Positions 62,806-64,000 of a DNA stretch of 64,000 bases are shown here, piece after piece. A program made the translations under genes and the position numbers. The notes below the pieces were generated by a model that worked only from the letters and a program-made list of their open reading frames with translations, ran no database searches and had not been told where the DNA came from. This DNA comes from Lingula anatina (taxonomy: Eukaryota > Animalia > Brachiopoda). Numbering within the stretch: the stretch's first letter is position 1; each line of letters begins with the position of its first letter. The DNA lies in contig CM120640.1 of the NCBI GenBank assembly GCA_051362555.1, positions 55,778,788 through 55,842,787 on the forward strand, given 5' to 3'.

Positions 62806-63717
62806 TAAGGTCGTAGGAGGGTTTAGCCCGTCTTTGTTTGGATTCAAATTGCTAATCATTAAGTAAAATAGAGATGGTCACCCAGTGATTCCATGTACAT
62901 AGGATGAAAGGGTTAAATCGTGCAACAAGAAGGTTATGGTGTACGTATTCATACGAATGGATCGGGACATTATCATTTTTTCAATTTTCTTTGCATTGAT
63001 ATCTAATCAAAAACGAAGAGTATCGTGTTTTGGGTGCGGGTTTTACGTCCCAAAATGTTCAACACAGACGGTAAATATAGCCAGTGAATACATGGAAAAT
63101 TGTTAATATAAAATGCGATGATTGAAATGAAACAGATTGACATCTCTTATTTATGACCATATGCGAGAGAACATATCAGAGATGAATTGGCATGTTGATC
63201 AGCCTATTAACCGACGTGTGACGGGTGTGGAACATAATTACGTACGTTTACAGAGAGTTCGTAGAAATCTGATGAGAAAAAACGTATCTCCCTGGCGTCA
63301 TCGATGGTTTTCTAGTCAGTTGAATTGTCTTGTACTTGCAGACCATAACTTTATCAAATCCAGTTTGAAAGTTTTCCAAAAGACAAGTTCAATGTTTCGG
63401 TGTTATTGCGTGTATGTTTTATGATTGCTTTCTTCATTTGTATAGAGGCTAGTAAAGGGATAAAAGGAATTCTTCCAACTGCAATTGGTATGCATGAGTA
63501 GAAAAGGACGTAAGGCGCCTTTCATTTACAAGTCAATAAAAATGAGAAAAAAAGGGAAATTCTTAACAAATTAATCCCTACAAGCGGCCTCTTAATGACT
63601 CGCCTGTTCACTAATGAGTTGACAATCCTACACCGTTTAAAAATTTATCAAAAATATGCGCACTTACAGCCTACTCTATTTAATCTGAAATACATCGCAT
63701 TTTTTGTCAGACTTAAG

Positions 63718-63750
63718 GTTTCAGTTGTCGGGTGTGAACATCAGACCGAG
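63718..63750 (+). other. Possible short non-coding first exon of a downstream gene
   Basis: tatttaa ~40 bp upstream, Inr-like tcagtt, consensus donor GAG|gtaagt at 63750, acceptor ttttggtttcag at 63860. Confidence 0.3.
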
Positions 63751-64000
63751 GTAAGTTATTCATAATTTGTTCTCTTTAGTGTTAATTAAGTGTTCAAAAT
63801 GAAAAGAAAGATTGCATACCATAACTTAATGTCAGCACACTTGTGAATTTTTGGTTTCAGATATACGAGGGTACCTCAATTTCACACCTGTAGTTAAGAA
63901 ACTATCTACAGTTGAGTTAAAAGTGTCCTAAAATTTATGATAAAATATCTAAAAGAATAAACCAGTTTCGTAAATAAATGAAATAAAGTAGTATTTGTAG

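Overview
AT-rich, intron-rich animal genomic DNA, most likely a marine invertebrate; the taxon cannot be fixed from the sequence. From left to right: (1) the 5' part of a minus-strand Prickle/Testin-family gene (Cys-rich exon 113-198 plus several candidate first exons), running off the left edge; (2) Helentron/HINE-type non-autonomous elements, one of them 4.3 kb with an internal ~146-bp satellite; (3) a young Gypsy LTR retrotransposon (613-bp LTRs, GTAT TSD, gag/-1 frameshift/pol) whose integrase is cut off by a near-identical 2.6-kb duplication ending in a solo-LTR configuration, inserted into a LINE remnant; (4) a decayed intron-containing THAP-HTH-DDE (ISL2EU/Harbinger-like) transposase split by a 2.1-kb TIR element with a TTAT TSD; (5) a 64-aa single-TM microprotein gene; (6) a 12-coding-exon ABCB9/TAP-like half transporter with a tandem-duplicated, probably mutually exclusive exon pair (48-nt spacer), hosting in its fourth coding intron a complete antisense 3-exon L-rhamnose mutarotase (RhaM/DUF718) gene; (7) a secreted stand-alone VWD+C8 protein gene; (8) a Tc1/mariner relic, many MITEs and microsatellites. 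All family assignments come from motif recognition by eye, with no database search.
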